From Thermodesulfobacteriota bacterium (GTDB lineage Bacteria; Desulfobacterota_D; UBA1144; Nemesobacterales; Nemesobacteraceae): 64,000 bases of DNA. Position numbers and translations under genes: made by a program. Below are positions 39,618 to 49,401 of this stretch, piece after piece (position 1 is the stretch's first letter; each line of letters begins with the position of its first letter). The notes beneath the pieces were generated by a model. It was not told the origin of the DNA and searched no databases. It saw nothing but the letters and a program-made list of their open reading frames with translations. The stretch spans positions 1,231,933 to 1,295,932 of the forward strand of contig OZ241964.1 of assembly GCA_965204035.1 (NCBI GenBank), given 5' to 3'.

Positions 39618-41141
39618 TTAACCTTTAGATTGTAATCTCAATGGAGCAAAGAAATGTTCAACCCATTCGGGAAGTGATTCCGTCTCTTTCACGCATCTCA
39701 CTGCTTCGGTAATTTTTTCAGTTGACATCAAAGAGAGAAAAGCCGGTGTTGGTACCAAGGCTCTGTTCAGGTCATTGGGTTCAAATTTGTCTAGAGAGTC
39801 ACCATATTTACGCATTGAAAGCGAAATAATTTCCCTTCCGGCTTGCGACAAAAAATAGAGAAACAGGTGTTCCACATAGCCTAAACCAAACAAATTGGGC
39901 TGAAACCCATGATAACAAGTCAGATTTAGTGCTCTGGTTCTGTTTAATATGATTTTGTATGCTCCACGGGAAAATACACCAAACAAAAGAGGGGATGGGC
40001 TTCTTCTCTCCGTCTTGTACCAAGGTTCTCTATTTTTCGTCAGGAAGCGCTCATGATAATTCTTGCTTTCTCCAAAACTGATGTATTCCTCGACACCCTT
40101 AGAGAGCTTTCCATTAACGGAGAAAAGATAAACAGGCTTATCCAAAGTAGCTAGATCTTCAAAATCGGAATCTTCAAAGACAGATTTTCTGATCTGCGAG
40201 CTCTTGGTAATACAAGGAATGCACTCCGTTTCAAGGTCAATGCTTTTTGCTTCTGCATTCGTAGGTTTCAGGACGAAGAACTCATTCGCCCCGGTGGCGA
40301 TTCCTCGACTGAACCTACCAAAATATTCAAGTGTTGTTGTTCGACTGCCGTCAACTTCAAACGATTTTTTCTGGAAATAAGGCAGCCATTTCTCTTTCGC
40401 ATCAAGTTGATTAAGGGAAATTTCAGAGACAGCCTCAAGCGTTTCGAATACTAATAGTTCATCAAGAGTTTTGATGTTGAAGAATTTTACCGAAGAATGC
40501 CGGGCTGCTTTGTCGTATAAGATTATCCCAACGGATGTTGTAACGTCTGGGAAGATATTTTTCTCGCAGTCAAAGCTTAGAATTCCGTAAAGATGTCCCG
40601 CTTCAGCAAGTCTTTGTTTTATCATGGTGCCGTAGCCGGTATTCAGGAATTCAAGAGGCATTATGTAGGCTAAACGACCGCAGTCAGTCAGTTCTGAAAG
40701 AGATTTTAAGAGAAAAGCAGAAGCGATATTGGTGTAACCAGAAATTCTGATTCCAAGATGGTTTTCAAATTCCTGAAAAACCAAGTCTCTGTTCAAAAAT
40801 TTCTGGAAGCGCATGTAGGGTGGATTACAGACAATACACTCGTGTTTCATATTCCAAGAGCGCAAATAATCCGCAACAAAAACAAAGTCAGATGGTTTGC
40901 CCTTATTAAGTTCCCAAAACTCAAGTATTCTGGAATCTATTTCACATGCCGTGAATTTAACTTCGGGCCGATCATTTACAGCATCATAAAACGCACCTAA
41001 GCCGAACGCAGGATCAAAAAGAGATTTTGTTCCCGAATCCAGCACCCAGTTAACCATAAAAGCCGCAACCTCACTGTGTGTAAAAAACTGCCCGAACTCC
41101 TTGCGGTGCTCGCCACCTACTTTCTCATGGTAATCAAGCAT
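39618..41141 (-). CDS. gamma-class N6-adenine DNA methyltransferase (Eco57I/TaqI-like motif order X-I-IV) with a C-terminal target-recognition region
   Basis: FGQFFTHSEV (motif X), DPAFGLGAF (motif I, AdoMet binding), CNPPY (motif IV). ~40% GC. Overlaps the upstream REase gene by 8 nt. Confidence 0.8.
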   Translation of the reverse strand: MLDYHEKVGGEHRKEFGQFFTHSEVAAFMVNWVLDSGTKSLFDPAFGLGAFYDAVNDRPEVKFTACEIDSRILEFWELNKGKPSDFVFVADYLRSWNMKHECIVCNPPYMRFQKFLNRDLVFQEFENHLGIRISGYTNIASAFLLKSLSELTDCGRLAYIMPLEFLNTGYGTMIKQRLAEAGHLYGILSFDCEKNIFPDVTTSVGIILYDKAARHSSVKFFNIKTLDELLVFETLEAVSEISLNQLDAKEKWLPYFQKKSFEVDGSRTTTLEYFGRFSRGIATGANEFFVLKPTNAEAKSIDLETECIPCITKSSQIRKSVFEDSDFEDLATLDKPVYLFSVNGKLSKGVEEYISFGESKNYHERFLTKNREPWYKTERRSPSPLLFGVFSRGAYKIILNRTRALNLTCYHGFQPNLFGLGYVEHLFLYFLSQAGREIISLSMRKYGDSLDKFEPNDLNRALVPTPAFLSLMSTEKITEAVRCVKETESLPEWVEHFFAPLRLQSKG

Positions 41142-42198
41142 CTTTAATTATTTCCTGAGAAAAAACTTCGGAATCTAGATATCCACGTCCTTCTTTGAAC
41201 GTTACGTAGAAGAGCAGTCTCCCGCGATTAAGGATCTTCAACTTGGAATAATGTTTAGGCATATCAATACGTCCCAATACTTCTTTACCTACCCGAACAT
41301 TAATTTTTATCGTGGTTTTTCTCTGATTCTTTTCATCTTTCTCAACAGAGAAGAGAGCCCCCTCGTTTTGGGGATCGGAACTGATCGTAAGAATATCCTT
41401 AAAGGGAATTATATAAGCCTTATCAAAAAACACCTGAAGATAAAAATGCCTTACACCAAAATTTTGTATCCAGCGGTTCACGAGTGCCAAATCTTCAAGC
41501 TTAGGAGTAATGCTCAAATAGTCTCTTTTATGTAACACTTTTATTTGCTCTTTCAGCAACTTCAGTAATTGGCTTATACGTTTCAAATCTTCTGACGAAG
41601 ACCATGACCTTGCGCGGAAGTCAAGTTCACAAAAAGTATCGTCCGTTGCAAACTTAATCAAATTATGCAGTTGGGGGCTTTTCTCAAGAAGAAGACCTGA
41701 CAGTGGTTCTTTCATAAGTTCTTTCTGAATACCGCGGAATTCCTTTTTTGCCTTGCGAACCCGGTCATCCATGAAGGAAGAATATTTGTTTACAAGAAAA
41801 CTGCTAGACCGAATCTCAATAGCTGCCACCGCTTTCTGGACAATGTCATCGCCGAGACTTGAGGGATCCATACCAATCAAGTCGGACCGCCTAAAAATCA
41901 AAAGATCTGGTTTCTTCCCTGTAACGTTTAACTCGTCCTGATATTTTGAGTAAAATTCCTCAAAATCCGGGTCACCGGCCGCAATATTTTCCCTTCTCCC
42001 GTAATTTACTGCACAGTAATCAATGGAGTTTTCGTTTATGGCGTTTAATACTATCTGCTCAGCCCAATCGCCCTGTTCTCTATTGGTGAGGAAATTCGAA
42101 CTAGCCAGCGTTGGTGCTCTCCCACTCATCTGAATATCCGTATCTATATCAAATGGAAGTGAGGCAATTAAGGATGCGATTGTTTCTTTGTATTTCAT
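41134..42198 (-). CDS. Putative type II restriction endonuclease (partner of the downstream MTase)
   Basis: 354 aa AT-rich ORF translationally coupled to the MTase. Possible PD-(D/E)xK-like region (KKPDLLIF...AAIEIRSS). Assignment rests mainly on operon context. Confidence 0.45.
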   Translation of the reverse strand: MKYKETIASLIASLPFDIDTDIQMSGRAPTLASSNFLTNREQGDWAEQIVLNAINENSIDYCAVNYGRRENIAAGDPDFEEFYSKYQDELNVTGKKPDLLIFRRSDLIGMDPSSLGDDIVQKAVAAIEIRSSSFLVNKYSSFMDDRVRKAKKEFRGIQKELMKEPLSGLLLEKSPQLHNLIKFATDDTFCELDFRARSWSSSEDLKRISQLLKLLKEQIKVLHKRDYLSITPKLEDLALVNRWIQNFGVRHFYLQVFFDKAYIIPFKDILTISSDPQNEGALFSVEKDEKNQRKTTIKINVRVGKEVLGRIDMPKHYSKLKILNRGRLLFYVTFKEGRGYLDSEVFSQEIIKDA

Positions 42199-42530
42199 TA
42201 CGACTTCCAGTACCGTGTATTTATTTACCTACCATCTTTGCCTTGTCAAAAATTTAGACACCCGAGAACCGACCCAGTCAGAATAGATCACCGTTCCGTT
42301 TTTTGCAAAGCCATTACTTAAGAATACAAACCCTTCCCTGTTGTTGGGTTTATATGTCACCGTATGTGGCAATTGCATTTTTCTGCCGTTAAGACAATTT
42401 GCTCTTGATATTGCTTCTCTCTTTCCCCTATCCTAGCATCTAATCAGGCAGTGTATCCAGAGCTATGGAACTCAGGGTATAGGAAATTCCCATCCGGGTT
42501 CATTCGAATGCTTGCCTAAAAAAACTCCAT

Positions 42531-42580
42531 CTCGACAAAAATAAAAAGAAACCTGATACTATTTCCCGGCGATACCCTCT
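42531..42580. repeat. Right copy of the ~50-bp imperfect direct repeat flanking the R-M island
   Basis: See the left copy at 38984-39036. Confidence 0.6.
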
Positions 42581-42600
42581 TTGCTCGCCGGTCGCGGATA

Positions 42601-43794
42601 ATGAAGGTACGAAAAAAGCTATCCAAAAAATCAACCGCATTCCAGATCTGCCATTCGATAACGGAAGTCGAAAAAAAAGAATACGACTCCATCCAGCCTG
42701 ATAACAACCCCTTTTTCGAGTTTGATTTTCTCTTCGCTCTCGAGAAATCCGGATGCGTGGGTCCCGGCACCGGATGGGAGCCGCGCCATCTTCTGCTGCG
42801 CGAGGGGAAAAAGCTCGTCGGGGCGGTTACGTTCTATCTGAAGACCGATTCCTACGGCGAGTACATATTCGACTGGCAGTGGGCGCGGGCATATCAGGAC
42901 GCGGGGCTGAGATACTATCCCAAGGCGGTCGCAGGGGTGCCGTTTACCCCGACAACCGGCCCGAGAATAATCGTTCGCGAAGACTACGATTACGAGACGT
43001 GCGCGCGGGAACTCGCAAAGAAACTGGTTGAGATATGTTCTCTTAAGAGCCTCTCTTCAATACATTTTCTGTTCGTAACAGAAGAGGAACAGGAACTGCT
43101 CTCTCACTGCGGATTCCTCTCTAGACTCACCCACCAGTACCACTGGCATAACTCGGGTTATCTCCGTTTCGATGACTTTCTCGCAGACCTCCGCTCCGGA
43201 AGAAGAAAGCAGATAAGGAAGGAAAAACGCCGCCTCGGCGATCTGGGCGTTGAGATCTCGGTGCTTGAGAAAGAACAGATACAGCGCGAGCACATAGACT
43301 TAATCTGGGAATTCTATGTGAATACTAATTCAAGAAAATGGGGAAACGCCTACCTTAACAGGGAGTTTTTCGACCTGATGTTCGAGACGTACAGGGAAAA
43401 AACCGTGCTTGTGATCGCGAAGATGGATGGCCATCCGGTAGGCGGCACAATCAACTTCAGAAAAGGCGACAAGCTCTACGGCAGGTACTGGGGATGCAGC
43501 ATCGAGGTGCCGTACCTTCACTTTGAGTGCTGCTACTACAGACCGATAGAGTTTGCCATAGACAACGGAATAAATGTCTTCGAGGCCGGAGCTCAGGGCG
43601 AGCACAAGTTCCTCCGCGGTTTTGAAGCGGTACCGGTCTACAGTTCCCACCTGTTTTTCAATCACGGGGCGCAGAGATCCATAGACAACTTCCTTCGGGG
43701 GGAAAGACCCTACATGCGCTCGCTTATCTCAGAGTACAACACACACTCCCCGCTTAAGCGGGTCCGCGGTGGCAAACCGGAAAAAATCGTATAG
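42601..43794 (+). CDS. GNAT-fold acyltransferase of the FemAB-like/COG3146 family
   Basis: 397 aa. The C-terminal half has an acyl-CoA N-acyltransferase pattern (VGGTINFRKGDKLYGRYWGC...EAGAQGEHK). Family assignment by inference. Confidence 0.5.
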   Translation: MKVRKKLSKKSTAFQICHSITEVEKKEYDSIQPDNNPFFEFDFLFALEKSGCVGPGTGWEPRHLLLREGKKLVGAVTFYLKTDSYGEYIFDWQWARAYQDAGLRYYPKAVAGVPFTPTTGPRIIVREDYDYETCARELAKKLVEICSLKSLSSIHFLFVTEEEQELLSHCGFLSRLTHQYHWHNSGYLRFDDFLADLRSGRRKQIRKEKRRLGDLGVEISVLEKEQIQREHIDLIWEFYVNTNSRKWGNAYLNREFFDLMFETYREKTVLVIAKMDGHPVGGTINFRKGDKLYGRYWGCSIEVPYLHFECCYYRPIEFAIDNGINVFEAGAQGEHKFLRGFEAVPVYSSHLFFNHGAQRSIDNFLRGERPYMRSLISEYNTHSPLKRVRGGKPEKIV

Positions 43795-43804
43795 AATACT
43801 CCCC

Positions 43805-44140
43805 ATGTCTGAGCGTGAGAATCCGACACATACAAAGGATCCTCAGCAGGTCGTCAGGGAGGATATCCGGGTAAAAAGGCCGGACATGTATATGATAGTC
43901 CTGCTGAACGACGATTACACCCCGAGGGATTTTGTAGTCTGGGTTCTCATGAAGGTGTTCTTCAAAAATGAAAACGACAGTAGGACAATAATGCTTGAAG
44001 CTCACACCAAGGGGAAAAGTGTTGTCGACTGCTATACCTACGACATAGCTACCACGAAGATAAGACAGGTAAAAGACCTGGCGGAGAAATACGAACATCC
44101 GCTGAAATGCATACTTGAAGTTCAAAAGGCGGGGAGCTGA
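43805..44140 (+). CDS. clpS: ATP-dependent Clp protease adaptor ClpS
   Basis: MYMIVLLNDDYTPRDFVVWVLMKVF...EAHTKG is a canonical ClpS core. Start assigned to the internal ATG at 43805 (MSERENPT). Followed directly by clpA. Confidence 0.85.
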   Translation: MSERENPTHTKDPQQVVREDIRVKRPDMYMIVLLNDDYTPRDFVVWVLMKVFFKNENDSRTIMLEAHTKGKSVVDCYTYDIATTKIRQVKDLAEKYEHPLKCILEVQKAGS

Positions 44141-44141
44141 C

Positions 44142-46397
44142 ATGGTAGCATCGGAAGAACTTGAGAAAACCCTTTACCGCGCCTACCAGCAGGCAAAAGA
44201 CCGCAAGCACGAGTTCATCACCCCGGAGCATATACTCCTTGAGCTCACAAGGGACAAGGTAGCCGCGGAAGTGCTGATAGAATGCGACGTCGACACCGGG
44301 CTTCTCGCGAACGATCTTGAGGAGCACCTCACCAAGAACGTTTCCTCGATCGATTCTCCCCATCTTCCCGAACCGACCTACTCGGAGGGAAGCAAGTACA
44401 TCTTCAGAGTGGCCTCTATGCACGCCGAAAGCGCGGAAAAAAAAGAAATAACCGGGGCTAACATACTGGTCGCCATGTTCAGGGTCCCCGAATCGCACGC
44501 CGTGTACTTTCTCAATCGCCAAGGACTTACCCGGTTTGCCGTTATAAAGCACATATCCCATGGAAAAGGCGAGAGCACCGAGGAACATCAGGAAAAACCC
44601 GCAACCACCAAGGAGCAGCAGAGGGAAACAAAAAAGGCCGAAACCAAAAGCCCCCTTGAGCTTTACTGCACGGACCTCATGGAAAAAGCCCAAAACGGAA
44701 GCATCGATCCCCTCATAGGAAGAGAAAAAGAGGTCCAGAGGATAATCCACATTCTCGGCAAGAGAAAGAAGAACAACCCCGTGCTCGTCGGGGACGCGGG
44801 GGTGGGAAAAACGGCGATCGTCGAAGGGGTGGCTCACCGCGTGGTTTCCGGAGAAGTCCCCGAAGCGATGAAAGACCTCAAGATACACCTTCTGAACATA
44901 GGAACCCTTACGGCCGGAACGAAATACAGGGGAGACTTTGAGGAAAGGCTTAACGCCGTCATAGACGAAACCAAGAAGGACCCGGACAACGTGCTTTTCA
45001 TAGACGAGATCCACACGGTCATAGGTGCCGGAGCGGTTTCCGGCGGAAGCCTTGACGCGTCCAACATGCTAAAGCCCGCCCTTGCCGGAGGAGACATAAA
45101 ATGCATAGGAACGACGACGCTTAAGGAATACAGGATCATCTTCGAGAAAGACCACGCGCTCTCAAGAAGATTCCAGAGAATAACCGTGGATGAGCCGTCG
45201 GTTGAGGACTGCGGAAAAATCCTGTTCGGACTTAAGCGCCATTACGAAAAGTACCATAACGTGAAATACTCCCGGGGAGCTATAAAAGCGTGCATAGAGC
45301 TCTCAGACAAGTACATAATGGACAGGAAGCTTCCGGACAAGGCGATTGACATCATGGACGAGGCCGGAGCCGCCGTGAAGCTCCGCAACCCTGATCCCGA
45401 GATAACGAGACAGGTAAAAGTGTCCGACATGGAGAAGCTGGTCGCGAAGATCGCGAAAATCCCCACCAAGTCGGTAAAGGTCGAGGACCGGAACCTCCTC
45501 CACGACCTCGGGGACAACCTAAAAGAATTCATCTACGCCCAGGACGAAGCCATAGACAAGCTCGTAAACGCCATACAGATGTCGCGCGCCGGCATAAGCG
45601 AGCCGGAAAAGCCCGTGGGCTCCTTCATGTTTTCGGGACCTACGGGGGTCGGCAAAACGGAACTCGCGAAAAAACTCGCAGAGATACTTGGAGTCGAATT
45701 CATACGCTTCGACATGAGCGAATACATGGAGAAACACACCGTCTCCCGCCTCATAGGCTCACCGCCTGGATACGTCGGCTACGACCAGGGAGGGCAGCTT
45801 ACCGAAGCCATATACAAATCTCCTCACTGCGTCCTTCTGCTTGATGAGATCGAGAAGGCGCACGAGGACATATACAACATCCTGCTTCAGGTAATGGATC
45901 ACGCGACACTCACGGATTCAAACGGAAGGAAGGTGGATTTCCGCCAGGTAATTCTGATTCTGACGACGAACACCGGCTCGAGGGAAAGCATGAACAGGAA
46001 CGTCGGGTTCGCGAAAAAAGAGTTTGAGGACAAGAGTCCGGAAGCCATAGACAGGTACTTCTCTCCGGAGTTCAGAAACAGGCTGAATGAAATCATCAGG
46101 TTTAACCCTCTTGATATAAAGATAGTGGAGAGAATAGTTGACAAGATGATCGGAGAGCTTCAGCAGAGGCTCGTTCCGAAAAAAGTGACGATCAGTCTTA
46201 CGCCGGAAGCGAGGCTTTTTCTCGCACGCAAGGGCTACGATCCCCAGCTCGGCGCAAGACCCGTGCAGAGAGTAATAAACTCCGAGGTGGCGGAACGGCT
46301 TTCAAAGGAAATCCTCTTCGGCGAACTCTCAGGCGGCGGCAAGGCGATTCTCTCCCTTGAAGAAGAACAGATAGTTCTTCGGGCGGAAACTGACTGA
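44142..46397 (+). CDS. clpA: ATP-dependent Clp protease ATP-binding subunit ClpA
   Basis: Clp_N repeats, two AAA+ modules (GDAGVGKTA and GPTGVGKTE Walker A), and the IGF-like loop region. Start reassigned to the internal ATG at 44142. Confidence 0.9.
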   Translation: MVASEELEKTLYRAYQQAKDRKHEFITPEHILLELTRDKVAAEVLIECDVDTGLLANDLEEHLTKNVSSIDSPHLPEPTYSEGSKYIFRVASMHAESAEKKEITGANILVAMFRVPESHAVYFLNRQGLTRFAVIKHISHGKGESTEEHQEKPATTKEQQRETKKAETKSPLELYCTDLMEKAQNGSIDPLIGREKEVQRIIHILGKRKKNNPVLVGDAGVGKTAIVEGVAHRVVSGEVPEAMKDLKIHLLNIGTLTAGTKYRGDFEERLNAVIDETKKDPDNVLFIDEIHTVIGAGAVSGGSLDASNMLKPALAGGDIKCIGTTTLKEYRIIFEKDHALSRRFQRITVDEPSVEDCGKILFGLKRHYEKYHNVKYSRGAIKACIELSDKYIMDRKLPDKAIDIMDEAGAAVKLRNPDPEITRQVKVSDMEKLVAKIAKIPTKSVKVEDRNLLHDLGDNLKEFIYAQDEAIDKLVNAIQMSRAGISEPEKPVGSFMFSGPTGVGKTELAKKLAEILGVEFIRFDMSEYMEKHTVSRLIGSPPGYVGYDQGGQLTEAIYKSPHCVLLLDEIEKAHEDIYNILLQVMDHATLTDSNGRKVDFRQVILILTTNTGSRESMNRNVGFAKKEFEDKSPEAIDRYFSPEFRNRLNEIIRFNPLDIKIVERIVDKMIGELQQRLVPKKVTISLTPEARLFLARKGYDPQLGARPVQRVINSEVAERLSKEILFGELSGGGKAILSLEEEQIVLRAETD

Positions 46398-46443
46398 ACT
46401 TCTCCCGGAGCGTACCCCGCGGCGGCGCGCGGCAACGAAACCC

Positions 46444-47466
46444 ATGATCTCCATACGCGAAACTGCTAACAAAATGGTCCAGTACGTGCTTCCCGAACAC
46501 TCCAACAACCACGGGACCCTGCACGGCGGAATACTTATGGACTGGATTATGCTCACGGGCAGCATCACGTCTTTTAAGTTCACAAACGGGCCCGCGGTCC
46601 TGGGAGCCACAGACAGCATAGATTTTCTTAACCCCGTAAAGATCGGGGAGATAGTAGTCCTTGAAAGCTGGGTTGAGTATGCCGGGAACTCGTCCATTGA
46701 AGTCGCGGTACGCGTGCACTCAGAAGACGGGGAGAGCGACGAAAAAAAGCTCATAACCCTCTCCTACATGGCCTTTGTCGCCGTGGACGAAAACGTAAAG
46801 CCGAGAAAGATAGAAGCAAGCCTGAGCGCGTCCAGCACGGTTGAACGGGAGCTCATAGACCGGGCGGAGGAAAGGAAGACGCAAAGGCTTCCGGAAATAA
46901 AAAAAAGGCAAAGAAACGTCTCCAACGTAGCGGATGAGACGGAAAATTCGAGGCTCATTTTCAATACCACCAAGATGGTACTCCCGGAAGACGCCTTCTA
47001 CGGGAAATTCATGTCCGTAGGGAAGCTCATGAAGTATATTGACGAGAGCGCCGCCATTTTGGCGAAAAGGTTTTCCAAGGGTGTTCTGGTTACGGGGTCC
47101 CTTGACGATCTTTTTTTCTATTCGCCGCTTAATGTCGGAAATCTGATTGAATTCAAGGCGGGCATCACCCATGTGGGAACAAGGTCGCTTGAACTGGCGA
47201 TCAAGGTTGATTCCTATGATACCCGGACCGGAGAGTCTTCCCACGCGTGCACGGCCTTTCTAACCTACGTGAAAGTCGACGAAGAAGGAAACCCCGTCCC
47301 GGTCCCCGAGTTCACTCCCGAGACTCCTTACGAAATCCGCCTCTGGAAAGAAGCGGAAAAAAGGAAAGCAAGGAGAAGAGCGAGGGTGGAGAGAGCCAGG
47401 AGTCTTGCCGATGACTACCTGAACGAATACAAAAAAGTAAGCTCGAGATCAAACAAAAAGAGTTGA
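46444..47466 (+). CDS. Acyl-CoA thioesterase with tandem hotdog (4HBT) domains
   Basis: Two repeats of the NxxGxxHGG pattern (NNHGTLHGGILMDWI and a second hotdog half), plus a basic C-terminal tail. Confidence 0.65.
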   Translation: MISIRETANKMVQYVLPEHSNNHGTLHGGILMDWIMLTGSITSFKFTNGPAVLGATDSIDFLNPVKIGEIVVLESWVEYAGNSSIEVAVRVHSEDGESDEKKLITLSYMAFVAVDENVKPRKIEASLSASSTVERELIDRAEERKTQRLPEIKKRQRNVSNVADETENSRLIFNTTKMVLPEDAFYGKFMSVGKLMKYIDESAAILAKRFSKGVLVTGSLDDLFFYSPLNVGNLIEFKAGITHVGTRSLELAIKVDSYDTRTGESSHACTAFLTYVKVDEEGNPVPVPEFTPETPYEIRLWKEAEKRKARRRARVERARSLADDYLNEYKKVSSRSNKKS

Positions 47467-47540
47467 TTGCCTTCTCCGGCGGACCTTAAGACCTGTCTTT
47501 TCTCACCCCGGAGCAAGCATACAAACACGACGGCAGAGTT

Positions 47541-48353
47541 ATGGAAGAGAGAAAAAACCAGGCAATAGGAATTTTTGATTCGGGAATAGGAGGACTTACG
47601 GTCTCAAAGGAGATAATGAATCTTCTTTGCGGGGAGAATATCGTATATCTCGGCGACACGGCCAGAGTCCCTTATGGAACGAAATCCCAAAGAACCGTAA
47701 GAAAATACGTTGAGAGCACCACTAATTTCCTCCTGTCAAAAAACATAAAGCTTCTGGTCGTGGCGTGTAACACCGCGTCTGCCTACGCGATAGAAATGCT
47801 GAAAGAAAATCTTGAAATCCCCGTGGTGGGAGTAGTGGAACCGGGAGCGAAAAGAGCCTCGGAACTCACCGCCAACGGCAAAATAGGAGTCATAGGGACC
47901 CAGGCGACAATAAAAAGCGGTTCCTACGAGAAAAAACTGCGGGAATTCTGCTCCTCCCGGGTCGAGATACACTCAAAACCCTGCCCGCTTTTCGTTCCGC
48001 TTGCCGAAGAAGGATGGGAGAATGATGAAACCGCCGTCCTTATAGCCGAGAAATATCTTGGAGACCTCAGGGAATCAGGAATAGACGTGCTGATACTCGG
48101 CTGCACGCACTACCCCATTCTTAAAAACACCATCGCCGGGGTTATGGGAGAAGGAATAAATCTCGTTGACTCGGCCGAAGAGACCGCGAAGCAGACCGAA
48201 AACATACTAAGGTCCCAAGGGCTGCTGAGAGGAGACGGCAAGGCGCGGGAGATGTCTTTTTACCTTACCGACGATTCGGAAACCTTTACCTCAATCGCGT
48301 CCAGGTTCCTCGGAAGACCCATGGAAAAAACGGAAGTCGTCGATATAGTGTGA
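47541..48353 (+). CDS. murI: Glutamate racemase
   Basis: IGIFDSGIGGLTV, the two catalytic Cys contexts (VVACNTAS, GCTHYP). Confidence 0.9.
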   Translation: MEERKNQAIGIFDSGIGGLTVSKEIMNLLCGENIVYLGDTARVPYGTKSQRTVRKYVESTTNFLLSKNIKLLVVACNTASAYAIEMLKENLEIPVVGVVEPGAKRASELTANGKIGVIGTQATIKSGSYEKKLREFCSSRVEIHSKPCPLFVPLAEEGWENDETAVLIAEKYLGDLRESGIDVLILGCTHYPILKNTIAGVMGEGINLVDSAEETAKQTENILRSQGLLRGDGKAREMSFYLTDDSETFTSIASRFLGRPMEKTEVVDIV

Positions 48354-48362
48354 CGGGGTCCG

Positions 48363-49346
48363 TTACTCGGACAAGGCTTTTTTGAGTTCCTCGGTAAGCG
48401 GGGGAAGAACCTGGAAAAGGTCTCCGCAAATTCCATAATCGGATTTCGCGAAGATCGGGGCTTCCGGATCCTTGTTTATGGAAACTATAACTTTCGATGA
48501 ACCCATGCCGGAGAAATGCTGTACCGAACCGGATATGGCGACCGCGACGTAGAGTACGGGAGACACCGCCTTTCCAGTCTGGCCGACCTGCATGTCATAT
48601 GGACAGTATCCCGCGTCGACTGCGGCTCTTGTCGCTCCCGCGGCCGCACCTAGCAGGTCCGCGAGATCGTATATGTGATTGAAGTTCTCCTCGCTCCCTA
48701 GACCCCTGCCGCCGGAAACCACCCTCTCGGCCTCGGTAAGCTCGGGCCGGTCGGATTCCTTGGTCTTCATTTCAATGACCTTGATTCTTATGTCGGCATC
48801 CGTGATCCCGGCATCTTCGTTCACCACCTGCCCCGCGCCGGCCGACTCTTCCTCCTTAAAGGAATTGGGCCTTACGGTGGCGATCATCGCGCTTCCGTCG
48901 CCGTTGAACTCCTGAGTGGATATCGCCCTGCTTGAGTGTGAATACCTTTTTATCCTAAGCCTTCCGTCATCAGTCATGCCTATGTCCACGCAGTCCATGG
49001 CAAGTCCCGAACCCACTCCCGAAGCCACCCTGGGAATGTAATCCTCGGCAAAAGCCGTGTTGCCTGAAAGTACAACCGCCGGAGAGTGTTTCTTTATAAG
49101 TTCGCAAAGGGCCTTCACGTAACCGTCGGGGTTAAAATCCCTGAGGTTGGGATTGTCAACCACGTAGATTTTCTCAGCTCCGTAGCCCGCAAGCTCAGAA
49201 GCTCTGTCCGAAACGCTGCTCCCGAGCAGCACCGCGCAGACAGGACCTCCAAGTTTTCTTCTGGCCTCGGAAAGAACCTCGAACGTCACCTTTCTTATCT
49301 GTCCGTCAGCCTTTATATCAGCAACAACCCAGATTTCACTACTCAT
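48363..49346 (-). CDS. etfA: Electron transfer flavoprotein alpha subunit
   Basis: 327 aa; FAD-binding C-terminal domain (VAVAISGSVQHFSGM, YGICGDLFQVLP). Confidence 0.85.
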   Translation of the reverse strand: MSSEIWVVADIKADGQIRKVTFEVLSEARRKLGGPVCAVLLGSSVSDRASELAGYGAEKIYVVDNPNLRDFNPDGYVKALCELIKKHSPAVVLSGNTAFAEDYIPRVASGVGSGLAMDCVDIGMTDDGRLRIKRYSHSSRAISTQEFNGDGSAMIATVRPNSFKEEESAGAGQVVNEDAGITDADIRIKVIEMKTKESDRPELTEAERVVSGGRGLGSEENFNHIYDLADLLGAAAGATRAAVDAGYCPYDMQVGQTGKAVSPVLYVAVAISGSVQHFSGMGSSKVIVSINKDPEAPIFAKSDYGICGDLFQVLPPLTEELKKALSE

Positions 49347-49401
49347 TTAATTCAAGCCTCCTAGCGATACTTTCTGATAAAGCAATCCCGGATATCCCGG
49401 A

